From the NCBI GenBank assembly GCA_963761895.1, contig CAVXIL010000002.1, forward strand, positions 112,082-176,081: a DNA stretch of 64,000 nt, given 5' to 3'. The position numbers and the translations under genes were made by a program. This DNA is from an uncultured Alphaproteobacteria bacterium. GTDB lineage: Bacteria > Pseudomonadota > Alphaproteobacteria > Rhizobiales > Xanthobacteraceae. The first letter of the stretch is position 1. The number at the start of each line of letters is the position of its first letter. The notes under the pieces were generated by a model. The model saw only the letters and a list, made by a program, of their open reading frames with translations. It was not told the DNA's origin and made no database searches. Shown here piece by piece: positions 8,728 to 18,345 of the stretch.

Positions 8728-9553
8728 ATGGCAACGTTAAAGACCAAGGACGGCATCGAAATTTACTACAAGGACTGGGGCAGTGGACAGCCGATGGTGT
8801 TCTCGCATGGCTGGCCGCTCTCGGCCGATGACTGGGACACGCAGATGCTGTTCTTCCTAAATCACGGCTATCGCGTCATCGCCCATGACCGCCGCGGCCA
8901 TGGCCGATCAACTCAGACCGGCGACGGCCATGACATGGACCACTATGCAGACGACCTTGCGGCTTTGACGGCGCATCTCGACCTGAAGAACGCCATTCAC
9001 GTCGGCCACTCCACCGGCGGCGGCGAGGTGGCGCACTATCTCGGACGGCACGGCGAAAGCCGGGTGGCGAAGGCGGCCCTGATCAGCGCGGTGCCGCCGC
9101 TGATGGTGAAGACAGCGGCCAATCCGGACGGGCTTCCCAAGGAGGTGTTCGACGGATTGCAGGCCCAGCTCGCGGCCAATCGCTCGAAATTTTATCGCGA
9201 CCTCCCGGAGGGTCCGTTCTATGGCTACAACCGGCCGGGCGCAAAAGCCTCGGAGGCCGTGATCGCCAACTGGTGGCGCCAGGGTATGATGGGTGGTGCG
9301 AAGGCGCATTACGACGGCATCGTCGCGTTCTCGCAGACCGATTTCACCGAAGACCTCAAGAAGATCACGGTGCCGGTGCTGGTCATGCATAGCGAGGACG
9401 ATCAGATCGTTCCCTATGTCGCTGCCGGGCCATTTGTCGGCCAAGCTGCTGAAGAACGGGACGCTGAAGACCTACAATGGCTTTCCGCACGGCATGCCGA
9501 CCACCGAGGCAGCCACGATCAACGCCGACCTGCTGGCGTTCATCAAGGGGTGA
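8728..9553 (+). pseudogene. non-haem chloroperoxidase / aryl-esterase family alpha/beta hydrolase, one frameshift
   Basis: The ORF reads [36 protein letters not shown]...[10 protein letters not shown]. The conserved C-terminus ([24 protein letters not shown]...AFIKG) is in the +1 frame after the T-run 9433-9435. Confidence 0.8.
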
Positions 9554-9575
9554 GGCAAGCGCCAGAGACGGGCGA

Positions 9576-10223
9576 TCAATCGAGGATCGCTCGTATTGCG
9601 GCGAATGTGCGCTTCACCAAAGCTTCCGGGTTTTCGCGCGCGCCTTCGGCGGCCCAGAGCTCGCCGCCGATCCGCATCGCGCCCGTCGCGATCATGGCGA
9701 CCAGTCGGACGTGAAGCGCTTCTGTTGGATGGCCCGCCCGCTTGCCGAGCGCCTCCGCCAAGGCGCGCTCAAGCTGCTCGTATTTGACCTGATCGCGGGC
9801 CTGCAGGGCCGGATTGTCGCGCTTCAGACACGCCATCGCGATGGCTTCGCCGGGCTCGAACTGTCTGACCATCGCGGAAATCGCACTCTCTGCCGCAGTG
9901 AGCATGGATTCGCTGGCGGGCCGCGCGGCGACCGCGGCGATCAACGCCGCCGTGCTCTCCTCCTGCCACGCGAAAACCACGTCTTCCTTCGAGGCAAAAT
10001 AGTGGAAGAAGCTGCGGCGCGAAACGTCGGCGGCGGCCGCGATGTCGTCGAGCGTGGTCGCTTCAAAACCACGCTCGAGGAACAGCGCCATCGCCGTCCG
10101 GGTCAACCGCTCGCGGATTTGCTGGCGCTTGCGCTGGCGCAGACCGGGTTGTTCCGGCACCACGGTCTTGGCCATTTTCTTCTTGGCTATCCGAGGCTTA
10201 ACCTTTTTTCGCGCGCTCACCAT
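9576..10223 (-). CDS. TetR/AcrR family transcriptional regulator
   Basis: The N-terminal HTH block [47 protein letters not shown] is a classic TetR_N signature. The start may be the internal ATG at 10175. Confidence 0.85.
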   Translation of the reverse strand: MVSARKKVKPRIAKKKMAKTVVPEQPGLRQRKRQQIRERLTRTAMALFLERGFEATTLDDIAAAADVSRRSFFHYFASKEDVVFAWQEESTAALIAAVAARPASESMLTAAESAISAMVRQFEPGEAIAMACLKRDNPALQARDQVKYEQLERALAEALGKRAGHPTEALHVRLVAMIATGAMRIGGELWAAEGARENPEALVKRTFAAIRAILD

Positions 10224-10251
10224 TCACCTTGTTTTTCACCCCTTGCAAACT

Positions 10252-10264
10252 TGCACTAAGTGCA
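10252..10264. promoter_or_regulatory. candidate TetR operator palindrome TGCACTaAGTGCA
   Basis: Perfect 6-1-6 inverted repeat in the 96-bp divergent intergenic region between the TetR gene and the SDR gene. Confidence 0.3.
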
Positions 10265-10319
10265 CATTTAGGGCCGGGCGGCCAGGTCCGCAAACGATTC
10301 GAGCCCGGGAGATATAAAC

Positions 10320-11258
10320 ATGACCGACTGGAGCACCGCAGACATTCCTCCGTTGAATGGCAAGACCGCTGTCGTTACCGGCGCCACCGGCGGCCTCGGC
10401 TATGAAACCGCGCTGGCGCTCGCCGGCGCCGGTGCGGAAGTGGTTCTCACCGGTCGCAATGACGCCACGGGTCAAAATGCGATCCAGAGAATCCGCGGCC
10501 GATTTCCCAATGCCAAAGTCAGCTACGAAACCCTCGATCTGGCGAGGCTTGCGTCGGTGGCCGATTTCGCCAGGCGCTTCTGCGCCGCGCATGCCTCGCT
10601 CGATCTGCTGATCAACAATGCCGGCGTGATGGCACTGCCGATGCGGCAGGTGACATCGGATGGTTTCGAGATGCAGTTCGGCACCAACTATCTCGGCCAT
10701 TATGCGCTGACCGCGCATCTACTGCCCTGGCTTCGCCGCGGCGATGTGCCCCGCGTGGTCAACCTCTCCAGCCTCGCGCATCGCGCCGGCGCGATCAATT
10801 TTGACGATCTGCAGGGCGCACGGACCTATTCCCCCATGAAAGCGTACTCCCAGTCGAAGCTGGCGATGCTGATGTTTGCCCTTGAACTGCAACGCCGCAG
10901 CGATGCCGCCGGCTGGGGGCTGATGAGCAACGCCGCGCATCCCGGTTACGCCCGAACCGACTTGATCGCCAAAGGTCCGGGTACCAGCGGCCTGTTGTGG
11001 CAGATCAGCAAGTTGCTTCAGCCCTTTGCCAGTCAGTCGGCCGCCGAAGGCGCGCTGCCCACGCTGTTTGCCGCGACCTCGCCGGAGGCAAAGCCGGCCG
11101 GCTATTATGGCCCGAACGGGTTCTACGAGTTGAAGGGCGCCCCTGCGCCGGCGAAGATCATGCTGCGGGCGAAAGACGCCCCGGCGTCGGCACGACTCTG
11201 GGATGTCTCCGCCAACCTCACCGGTGTATCGTTCGATCAGGTCGCAACCGCCGCCTGA
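10320..11258 (+). CDS. short-chain dehydrogenase/reductase (retinol-dehydrogenase-like SDR)
   Basis: TAVVTGATGGLG cofactor motif, NNAG, and YSQSK catalytic Tyr-x3-Lys; 312 aa. Confidence 0.85.
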   Translation: MTDWSTADIPPLNGKTAVVTGATGGLGYETALALAGAGAEVVLTGRNDATGQNAIQRIRGRFPNAKVSYETLDLARLASVADFARRFCAAHASLDLLINNAGVMALPMRQVTSDGFEMQFGTNYLGHYALTAHLLPWLRRGDVPRVVNLSSLAHRAGAINFDDLQGARTYSPMKAYSQSKLAMLMFALELQRRSDAAGWGLMSNAAHPGYARTDLIAKGPGTSGLLWQISKLLQPFASQSAAEGALPTLFAATSPEAKPAGYYGPNGFYELKGAPAPAKIMLRAKDAPASARLWDVSANLTGVSFDQVATAA

Positions 11259-11289
11259 TGTGGAACGCAACCATGCAACGGGAGATCGG

Positions 11290-11949
11290 ATGAAAGTCAT
11301 CCTGTTCGGCGCAACCGGCATGGTCGGGCAGGGCGTACTGCGCGAATGCCTGCTTGATCCTGAGGTCGAAAGCGTGCTCGTGGTCGGGCGCAGCCCGAGC
11401 GGACGGCGGCACGCCAAGCTGCGCGAAATCCTGCACGATGATTTCTTCGATTTTTCAGCCCTGGAATCCCAACTCGCGGGATACGACGCCTGCTTCTTCT
11501 GCCTCGGCGTCTCCTCCGTCGGCATGAGCGAGGAGCGCTACCGGCATCTGACCTACGACCTCACGCTTGCTGCGGCGACCACGCTCGCAAGACTCAATCC
11601 GGGCATGGTGTTCGTCTATGTCACCGGGCGAGGCACCGACTCGACCGAGCAGGGCCGGCTGATGTGGGCGCGGGTCAAGGGCAAGACCGAAAACGATCTT
11701 TTGAAACTGCCGTTCAAGGCGGCCTATATGTTCCGCCCCGCCGGCATCCAGCCGCTGCACGGCATCCGGTCCAAGACCGCCTGGTATCAGGCGGTCTATG
11801 TCGCGGCCGCGCCGCTGCTGACGCTGCTCCATCGCGTCGCGCCGACATACGTCACAACGACCGAACAGGTCGGCCGCGCCATGATCAAGGTCGCGAGGGA
11901 CGGCTATCCGAAGCCGGTGCTGGAAAGCGAAGATATCAACCGGTTGTAG
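11290..11949 (+). CDS. NAD(P)H-binding (atypical SDR / epimerase-like) protein
   Basis: MKVILFGATGMVGQGVL Rossmann start; 219 aa; RBS GGAGA upstream. Confidence 0.8.
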   Translation: MKVILFGATGMVGQGVLRECLLDPEVESVLVVGRSPSGRRHAKLREILHDDFFDFSALESQLAGYDACFFCLGVSSVGMSEERYRHLTYDLTLAAATTLARLNPGMVFVYVTGRGTDSTEQGRLMWARVKGKTENDLLKLPFKAAYMFRPAGIQPLHGIRSKTAWYQAVYVAAAPLLTLLHRVAPTYVTTTEQVGRAMIKVARDGYPKPVLESEDINRL

Positions 11950-11955
11950 CGAGCC

Positions 11956-12056
11956 GTCATTCCGGGGCGCGCACCAGCGCGAACCTCAGATGTGCGATTG
12001 CACATCGGGGAATCCTTGGATTCCGGGTTCAGTCCTGCGGACCGCCCCGGAATGAC
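11956..12056. repeat. REP/MITE-like element, family A
   Basis: GTCATTCCGGGGCGCGCACC...GATGTGCGATTGCACATCGGGGAATCC...CGCCCCGGAATGAC; 101 bp. Confidence 0.85.
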
Positions 12057-12170
12057 AGGCAACTGCGCAAGGACGGCTCGTAACCCCATCAAATCGCCGC
12101 AAATTTCACGCTTTTGCCATAAGGGGCTCGTCGCCCTATAGTTTGTGCGTAGCAAAAAGTGGGGGTCGGC

Positions 12171-13460
12171 ATGGATCGCATTCGCATCGTCGGAGGCAGC
12201 AAGCTTAATGGTACCATTCCGATCTCGGGCGCGAAGAATGCCGCGCTGCCGCTGATGATCGCGGGGCTGTTGTCCGAGGAGACGCTGATCCTCGACAACG
12301 TGCCGCGGCTGGCCGACGTCGCGCAACTGCAGCGGATTCTCGGCAATCACGGCGTCGACATCATGTCGGCCGGCAAGCGGCCCGGCGATCATGAATATCA
12401 GGGCCAGACCCTGCACATTTCGGCGGCCAATATCATCGACACCAAGGCGCCTTACGAACTGGTGTCGCGGATGCGCGCCAGCTTCTGGGTGATCGCGCCG
12501 CTGCTGGCGCGGATGCATGAGGCCAAGGTGTCGCTGCCTGGCGGCTGCGCCATCGGAACCCGGCCGGTCGATCTCCTGATCATGGCGCTGGAGAAGCTCG
12601 GCGCCGAACTCACCATCGACGGCGGCTATGTGATTGCGAAGGCGCCGGGCGGCCTCAAGGGCGCCAACATCGATTTTCCCAAGGTTACGGTCAGCGGCAC
12701 CCATGTCGCCGTCATGGCGGCGAGCCTGGCCAGGGGCACCACCGTGATCACCAACGCCGCCTGCGAGCCGGAAATTCTCGACGTCGCCGACTGCCTGAAC
12801 AAGATGGGCGCGCGCATCTCCGGCGCCGGCACGTCCCGCATCGTCGTCGAAGGCGTCAGCAAGCTTCACGGCGCGCGGCACACCGTGCTGCCGGATCGTA
12901 TCGAAACCGGGACCTATGCGATGGCGGTGGCGATGACCGGCGGCGACGTGCAGCTTTCCGGCGCGCGTCCCGAACTGTTGCAGTCGGCGCTCGACGTGCT
13001 GACGCTGGCCGGCGCGGTCGTCACCGTCAACAACCAGGGCATCCGCGTTGCCCGCAACGGCGCCGGCATCAGTCCGGTGACGGTCTCGACCGCGCCATTT
13101 CCGGGCTTTCCCACCGACCTTCAGGCGCAACTGATGGCACTGATGGCCTGCGCCGGGGGCTCCTCGCGCATCACCGAGACCATCTTCGAAAACCGCTTCA
13201 TGCATGTGCAGGAACTGGCGCGGTTCGGCGCCCGGATTCACCTTGACGGCGAGACCGCCACCATCGACGGCATCGCCATGCTGCGCGGCGCGCCTGTCAT
13301 GGCGACCGATCTGCGCGCCTCGGTGTCGCTGGTGATCGCGGGGTTGGCCGCCGAAGGCGAAACCATGGTCAACCGCGTCTACCATCTCGACCGCGGCTTC
13401 GAGCGGCTCGAGGAAAAACTGTCGGCCTGCGGCGCCTCGATCGAGCGGATCAGCGATTGA
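12171..13460 (+). CDS. murA: UDP-N-acetylglucosamine 1-carboxyvinyltransferase
   Basis: [29 protein letters not shown]..., [13 protein letters not shown] active-site loop, full length 429 aa. Confidence 0.95.
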   Translation: MDRIRIVGGSKLNGTIPISGAKNAALPLMIAGLLSEETLILDNVPRLADVAQLQRILGNHGVDIMSAGKRPGDHEYQGQTLHISAANIIDTKAPYELVSRMRASFWVIAPLLARMHEAKVSLPGGCAIGTRPVDLLIMALEKLGAELTIDGGYVIAKAPGGLKGANIDFPKVTVSGTHVAVMAASLARGTTVITNAACEPEILDVADCLNKMGARISGAGTSRIVVEGVSKLHGARHTVLPDRIETGTYAMAVAMTGGDVQLSGARPELLQSALDVLTLAGAVVTVNNQGIRVARNGAGISPVTVSTAPFPGFPTDLQAQLMALMACAGGSSRITETIFENRFMHVQELARFGARIHLDGETATIDGIAMLRGAPVMATDLRASVSLVIAGLAAEGETMVNRVYHLDRGFERLEEKLSACGASIERISD

Positions 13461-13471
13461 CCGGCGCCTGT

Positions 13472-13520
13472 TCGGCAAAAGTGGATACCGGTTTTGCGAT
13501 AGAACACGCGCGAACCAAAG
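13472..13520. repeat. short repeat family F
   Basis: Core GTGGATACCGGTT lies at 13481-13493, 21 nt after the murA stop. Confidence 0.5.
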
Positions 13521-13988
13521 GTGGTGCTTGCGGTGACGGCCCAGCTCAAATTGATTGCGCTCGATGCCGACGATCTCGCGGTGATATCAGCGCATGTCCA
13601 GGATGCCCGGGTGCAGACCTCCGACATCGTCTGGCGGCAGGGCGAAAAGCGGCTGGTGGTCGGCATGAACCGGCTGGACTGGGAACAGACGCTTTCGGGG
13701 GAAACCGCCCCGCGCCGCCTGATCGCGGCGCTGCGCTTCGACCGGGTGTTGTCGTGCAAGTCGCGCAACATCGAGCTGGAGGGGCCGGGAACAGCGCTGG
13801 AACTGCTCGGGATCGAGTTTCACCCTGGTGACGCCCCTAGCGGCAGCGCGGTCCTGATGTTCAGCAATGGCGGAGCGCTGCGGCTGGACGTCGAGTGCCT
13901 GGAATGCGAGCTAACCGACCTCGGCGCGGACGATCTCGGAACTGGCGATTTCGGCGAAGGCACCGAATCGTCAGGATTGGATGCCTGA
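13521..13988 (+). CDS. DUF2948 family protein
   Basis: LKLIALDADDLAVISAHVQDA... matches the DUF2948 pattern, and the position between murA and hisD is the usual one in alphaproteobacteria. GTG start is uncertain (13521 or 13533). Confidence 0.75.
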   Translation: MVLAVTAQLKLIALDADDLAVISAHVQDARVQTSDIVWRQGEKRLVVGMNRLDWEQTLSGETAPRRLIAALRFDRVLSCKSRNIELEGPGTALELLGIEFHPGDAPSGSAVLMFSNGGALRLDVECLECELTDLGADDLGTGDFGEGTESSGLDA

Positions 13989-14026
13989 CTTGTTTTCGAG
14001 AGAGCACCACGAACTCCGTCGCACCG

Positions 14027-14133
14027 CTCCCGTAGGGAGAGGTCGATTTGCGCAGCAAATCGGGTGAGGGGTTACGGCCTAACGATGGACCGTAACCCCT
14101 CACCCCAGCCCTCTCCCAACGGGAGAGGGAGCC
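14027..14133. repeat. modular REP cluster, family B (GGGAGAGG and GGTGAGGGG hairpins)
   Basis: Three consecutive hairpins: CTCCCgtaGGGAG, GGTGAGGGGTTACGG...CCGTAACCCCTCACC, CCCTCTCCCaacGGGAGAGGG. There are seven related clusters in the window. Confidence 0.85.
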
Positions 14134-14251
14134 TACCTCCGTTGCCGAGAAACCGAGTGAACTCAATTCAAGGGATGAGGGTTGACGGCGATTTGTCGCC
14201 GCGCCATTGAGCAGTGGGCCTTCGCATCAAGCCTCCCGCCGGAAAGCCACC

Positions 14252-15547
14252 ATGCCCGTTCGTCTCGACCGAAGCCGCGCTGATTTCGCCGAACGATTCG
14301 CTGATTTTCTGGCGATGAAGCGCGAGGTATCGGCCGATATCGAGAGCGCTGTCCGCGCCATCGTTGAGGACGTCGCGGCGCGGGGCGACGCGGCGCTGAT
14401 CGAGGCGACGCGGAAATTCGACCGGCTTGATCTCGATGCCTCCGGCTTGCGTGTCACCGCGGCCGAAATCGAGGCCGCAGTGAACGTCTGCGATACCGAA
14501 ACGCTCGACGCGCTCAAATTCGCCCGCGACCGGATCGAAGTGTTCCATCGCCGACAATTGCCTAATGACGATCGCTTCACCGACGCGCTCGGCGTCGAAC
14601 TCGGCTGGCGCTGGAGCGCAATCGAATCGGTCGGCCTCTACGTTCCCGGCGGCACCGCCGCCTATCCGTCCTCGGTGCTGATGAACGCGGTGCCGGCGGC
14701 AGTCGCCGGCGTCGCGCGCGTGGTGATGGTGGTGCCGTCGCCGGACGGCAGGCTCAATCCGCTGGTGCTGGCGGCAGCCCATCTCGGCGGCGTGTCCGAG
14801 ATCTATCGCGTCGGCGGCGCGCAGGCGGTGGCGGCGCTGGCCTGGGGCACGGCGACCATCGCGCCGGTGGCGAAGATCGTAGGTCCCGGCAACGCCTATG
14901 TCGCCGCCGCCAAGCGGCTGGTGTTCGGCAAGGTCGGCATCGACATGATCGCCGGCCCCTCGGAAGTGCTCGTGATCGCCGACGCGACCGGCAATGCCGG
15001 CTGGATCGCGGCCGATCTGCTGGCGCAGGCCGAGCACGACGTCAACGCGCAGTCGATCCTGATCACCGACAGTGCAGCGCTGGCCGATGATGTCGAACGC
15101 GCGGTGCAATCTCAGTTGAGCACGCTGCCGCGGGCCGATATCGCTCGGGCTTCGTGGAACAAGTTCGGGGCGATCATCCTCGTGAAGCAGCTCGACGAGG
15201 CAGTAGTGCTGGCGGATGCGATCGCCGCCGAGCATCTCGAAATCATGACGTCCGATCCGGAAGCGTTTTCGAAACAAATCCGCAATGCCGGCGCGATCTT
15301 CCTCGGGCCCCACACGCCGGAGGCGATCGGCGACTATGTCGGCGGCTCCAACCACGTGCTGCCGACGGCGCGTTCGGCGCGGTTCTCTTCCGGACTTGGC
15401 GTGCTCGACTTCATGAAGCGAACTTCGATCCTGAAATGCGGGCCGGACCAGCTGCGCGCGCTGGGACCGGCGGCGATGACGCTGGGCAAGGCCGAAGGGC
15501 TCGACGCGCATGCGCGCTCGGTCGGGTTGCGCCTCAACCTGCCATGA
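14252..15547 (+). CDS. hisD: histidinol dehydrogenase
   Basis: 431 aa with [36 protein letters not shown] and [13 protein letters not shown] motifs. Confidence 0.95.
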   Translation: MPVRLDRSRADFAERFADFLAMKREVSADIESAVRAIVEDVAARGDAALIEATRKFDRLDLDASGLRVTAAEIEAAVNVCDTETLDALKFARDRIEVFHRRQLPNDDRFTDALGVELGWRWSAIESVGLYVPGGTAAYPSSVLMNAVPAAVAGVARVVMVVPSPDGRLNPLVLAAAHLGGVSEIYRVGGAQAVAALAWGTATIAPVAKIVGPGNAYVAAAKRLVFGKVGIDMIAGPSEVLVIADATGNAGWIAADLLAQAEHDVNAQSILITDSAALADDVERAVQSQLSTLPRADIARASWNKFGAIILVKQLDEAVVLADAIAAEHLEIMTSDPEAFSKQIRNAGAIFLGPHTPEAIGDYVGGSNHVLPTARSARFSSGLGVLDFMKRTSILKCGPDQLRALGPAAMTLGKAEGLDAHARSVGLRLNLP

Positions 15548-16038
15548 ACAGGGCGCCCGCAGAGGAAGATCCGCAAAATCGCATCGTCGCGGTGACCCTC
15601 GACGAGGAATCGATCGGGCGTTCCGGTCCCGACATCGAGCACGAACGCGCGATCGCGATCTACGACCTCGTCGAAAAGAACCTGTTCGCGCCGGAAGGCG
15701 CCAGCGGCGGCCCGTTCAAGCTGCACATCGGCATCACCGGCAACCGGCTGATGTTCGACATCCATCGCGAAGACGGCACGCCGGTGGTGGCGCATCTGCT
15801 GTCGCTGACGCCGTTCCGGCGAATCGTGAAGGACTATTTCATGATCTGCGACAGCTACTATCAGGCGATCCGCACCGCGACGCCGGACAAGATCGAGGCC
15901 ATCGACATGGGCCGCCGCGGCATTCACGATGAGGGTTCGCGCACGCTGCAGGAACGCCTAAAGGGCAAGGTGCGGGTCGACTTCGAGACCGCCCGCCGGC
16001 TGTTCACGCTGATCTGCGTGCTGCACTGGAAAGGCTAG
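15544..16038 (+). CDS. UPF0262 family protein
   Basis: The ATG overlaps the hisD stop (ATGA). [29 protein letters not shown]...LMFDI matches the UPF0262 proteins found after hisD in Rhizobiales. Confidence 0.85.
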   Translation: MNRAPAEEDPQNRIVAVTLDEESIGRSGPDIEHERAIAIYDLVEKNLFAPEGASGGPFKLHIGITGNRLMFDIHREDGTPVVAHLLSLTPFRRIVKDYFMICDSYYQAIRTATPDKIEAIDMGRRGIHDEGSRTLQERLKGKVRVDFETARRLFTLICVLHWKG

Positions 16039-16045
16039 GGCATGA

Positions 16046-16104
16046 CCCGGAAAGGTGGGCACCGGTTTTCGGATCAGATCATGCGCACGACAAAAGCAGG
16101 CTAA
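16046..16104. repeat. short repeat family F
   Basis: Core GTGGGCACCGGTT lies at 16055-16067, 17 nt after the UPF0262 stop. Confidence 0.5.
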
Positions 16105-16107
16105 CGC

Positions 16108-16575
16108 GTGGCGGCGCCTCCGCGCGTGCGCGCTCCGCAGGCCGTACTGTTCGCGTGCGGCCTGAACAGCGTGCGGTCGCCGATGGCGGCGAGCCTGCTG
16201 CAGCGGATGTTTCCGCAGGCGCTCTATGTCAAATCCGCCGGCGTCCGCAAGGGCGAACTCGATCCGTTCGCGGTCGCCGTGATGGCCGAACTGGGCCAGG
16301 ATATTTCGGGCCACAAGCCGACCACGTTCGAGGAACTGGAGGATTGGGAAGGGCTCAATTTCGACCTCATCATCACACTGTCACCGGAGGCGCATCACCG
16401 GGCGCTGGAACTGACGCGCACGCACGCGGCCGAGGTGGAATACTGGCCGACCCAGGATCCCACCGATGCCGAGGGCAATCGCGAGCAGAAGCTGCAAGCC
16501 TATCGCGAGGTCTGCGACACCCTGTCGATGCGCATCCGCAAGCGGTTTTCCAAGGTCAGCGCAGCGAGCGGGTGA
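16108..16575 (+). CDS. low-molecular-weight phosphotyrosine phosphatase / ArsC-like
   Basis: P-loop LFACGLNSVRSP (C-X5-R-S) near the N-terminus; 155 aa; GTG start. Confidence 0.85.
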   Translation: MAAPPRVRAPQAVLFACGLNSVRSPMAASLLQRMFPQALYVKSAGVRKGELDPFAVAVMAELGQDISGHKPTTFEELEDWEGLNFDLIITLSPEAHHRALELTRTHAAEVEYWPTQDPTDAEGNREQKLQAYREVCDTLSMRIRKRFSKVSAASG

Positions 16576-16587
16576 TACACGCATGAT

Positions 16588-16712
16588 GTCGTCCCTGCGG
16601 AAAGCAGGGACCCATACTCCGTGCAGGTGCGATAAGAGCGAAGTGGTTGTGGCAGGCTCTGTTTTCAGCAACGATGGCCGGTGGTTATGGGCCGCTTTCG
16701 CGGGGGTGACGA
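16588..16712. repeat. REP/MITE-like element, family E (GTCGTCCCTGCG...CGGGGGTGACGA)
   Basis: 125-bp unit with inverted ends GTCGTCCCTGCGGAAAGCAGGGACCCATA / TATGGGCCGCTTTCGCGGGGGTGACGA. Confidence 0.75.
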
Positions 16713-16800
16713 TAATTTGTTTGCGCGGTTGTCTCCGTGAATGCCTTCCGATAGGTTCCGCGCGCACTCATCCTCCGGTTCCCTCCCAGCAAATGTGCGC

Positions 16801-17424
16801 ATGCTAGGCCGCCCCAAATTCGTTCTTGCCTCCGGTTCGCCGCGACGTCTCAGCCTGCTCAACCAGGCCGGCATCGAGCCCGATGCGCTGCGTCCCGCCG
16901 ACGTCGACGAGACCCCGAAACGGGGCGAGCTGCCGCGGGCCTGCGCCAATCGGCTCGCGCGCGCCAAGGCCGACGCCGCGCTCAAATCGGTGCAGCTCGA
17001 TGACGAATTGCGCGGCGCCTTCATTCTCGCCGCCGACACCGTGGTCGCGGTCGGCCGCCGCATCCTGCCCAAGGCGAACCTGGTCGACGAAGCCTCGCAA
17101 TGCCTGCGGCTGCTGTCGGGACGCAACCACCGGGTCTACACCGCGATCTGCCTCGTGACGCCGAAGGAGACCTTCCGCCAGCGCCTGATCGAGACCCGGG
17201 TGCGCTTCAAGCGCCTCAGCGAGGACGATATCCAGGCCTATATCGGTTCCGGCGAATGGCGCGGCAAGGCCGGCGGCTACGCGGTGCAGGGCATCGCCGG
17301 AACCTTCGTGGTCAAGATGGTCGGCTCCTACAGCAATATCGTCGGCCTGCCGCTCTATGAATCGATCTCGCTGATGGGAGGCGAAGGTTTCCCGATCCGA
17401 TTCGGATGGTTGAATGCCAGCTAA
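16801..17424 (+). CDS. maf: Maf-like nucleoside-triphosphate pyrophosphatase (septum formation protein)
   Basis: [25 protein letters not shown] and [10 protein letters not shown] motifs; 207 aa from ATG 16801. Confidence 0.9.
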   Translation: MLGRPKFVLASGSPRRLSLLNQAGIEPDALRPADVDETPKRGELPRACANRLARAKADAALKSVQLDDELRGAFILAADTVVAVGRRILPKANLVDEASQCLRLLSGRNHRVYTAICLVTPKETFRQRLIETRVRFKRLSEDDIQAYIGSGEWRGKAGGYAVQGIAGTFVVKMVGSYSNIVGLPLYESISLMGGEGFPIRFGWLNAS

Positions 17425-17620
17425 GCCGCCAAAAGGTGCCGGATCCGGCCAAGGGATCGGCAAATCATCTGCCAAGCCGTGCCCGATCTGCGGCAAGCCG
17501 GCCACCGAGGCCTCACGCCCGTTTTGTTCCGAACGCTGCCGGGATGTCGATTTGAACCGCTGGCTGTCGAATTCCTACGCCATTCCCGCCACCAAGGACG
17601 ACGACGAAGGCGCCGATTGA
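17414..17620 (+). CDS. yacG: DNA gyrase inhibitor YacG (zinc finger)
   Basis: CPICGKP...[15 protein letters not shown] is the YacG signature. The gene overlaps the maf 3' end. Confidence 0.85.
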   Translation: MPAKPPKGAGSGQGIGKSSAKPCPICGKPATEASRPFCSERCRDVDLNRWLSNSYAIPATKDDDEGAD

Positions 17621-17838
17621 GCGAAAAACCGCGTGTTTTCGGGCTGTTGGCGCCTGATCCGCGCCCTTCGCCCGCGTCGCCACGCCAGCGGTGCCGAGAG
17701 CCGAGCGAGGCCGCGCCATGCGTAGCCGAGAGGCGAAGCGGGGCTGCGCCATGCGTAGCCGAGAGGCGAAGCATGGTGGACAGGGCAGGCGAGCCTGACT
17801 ATAAACCGGCGCTCCCAAGCCGCCTCGCGGCCGGAAGT

Positions 17839-17914
17839 GCCCAGGTAGCTCAGTTGGTAGAGCATGCGACTGAAAATCGCAGTGTCGGTGGTTCGATCCC
17901 GCCCCTGGGCACCA
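17839..17914 (+). tRNA. tRNA-Phe (anticodon GAA)
   Basis: GCCCAGGTAGCTCAGTTGGTAGAGCATGCGACTGAAAATCGCAGTGTCGGTGGTTCGATCCCGCCCCTGGGCACCA. Anticodon loop is CTGAAAA and CCA is encoded. Confidence 0.95.
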
Positions 17915-17918
17915 TTCA
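17895..17918 (+). repeat. direct repeat copy 1 (tRNA-Phe 3' end, att-like)
   Basis: GATCCCGCCCCTGGGCACCATTCA is repeated at 20080-20102 with 22 matches, 1 mismatch and 1 gap. Confidence 0.75.
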
Positions 17919-18345
17919 GAACTCATCTGCGAACCATTCTGGTCGATGCTGCCGGCTCAAGCACATTCTTGCCGTTTTTGATGCCGATCCTAAGGCTGTC
18001 GATCTCGACCGTGTCGATGAGATATCGCTGACATGCTTTCCAGACTGGAATTGATCCCGCGATCAAGCTTTCCAGCATTCTTGACCGGAAGCGTCGCGGA
18101 AGAAGCGTCTATCGCTGCACAGCAATCACGCGAACGCGTGTTCACCATCGCGCGCACGTTCGATCATTTTGCGAAAAACACAACCGCCCGTCGGTTTTGT
18201 CATCGTCGCGCTATTGCGCAAAACCGGGCAAATTTTGGAAGGCCTTTCCCGGCGATAACGAGGTCATCAGTGGCTTCGGCGTCCCGCAGCATCAGAAGCG
18301 TGTTTTGGTAAAGAACTTGCTCAGATAGCCGAACGGAGAAGGACA

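Noticed and set aside
11904-13478. 524-aa minus-strand ORF
   Set aside because: Antisense to murA, whose product aligns end to end with the MurA family. The shadow ORF is low complexity.
14168-15511. 447-aa minus-strand ORF
   Set aside because: Antisense to hisD; no recognisable motifs.
17927-18345. Integrase remnant next to tRNA-Phe
   Set aside because: I expected one inside the islet, but by-eye translation of both strands gave nothing resembling a tyrosine recombinase. The region is left unannotated; a profile search is needed.
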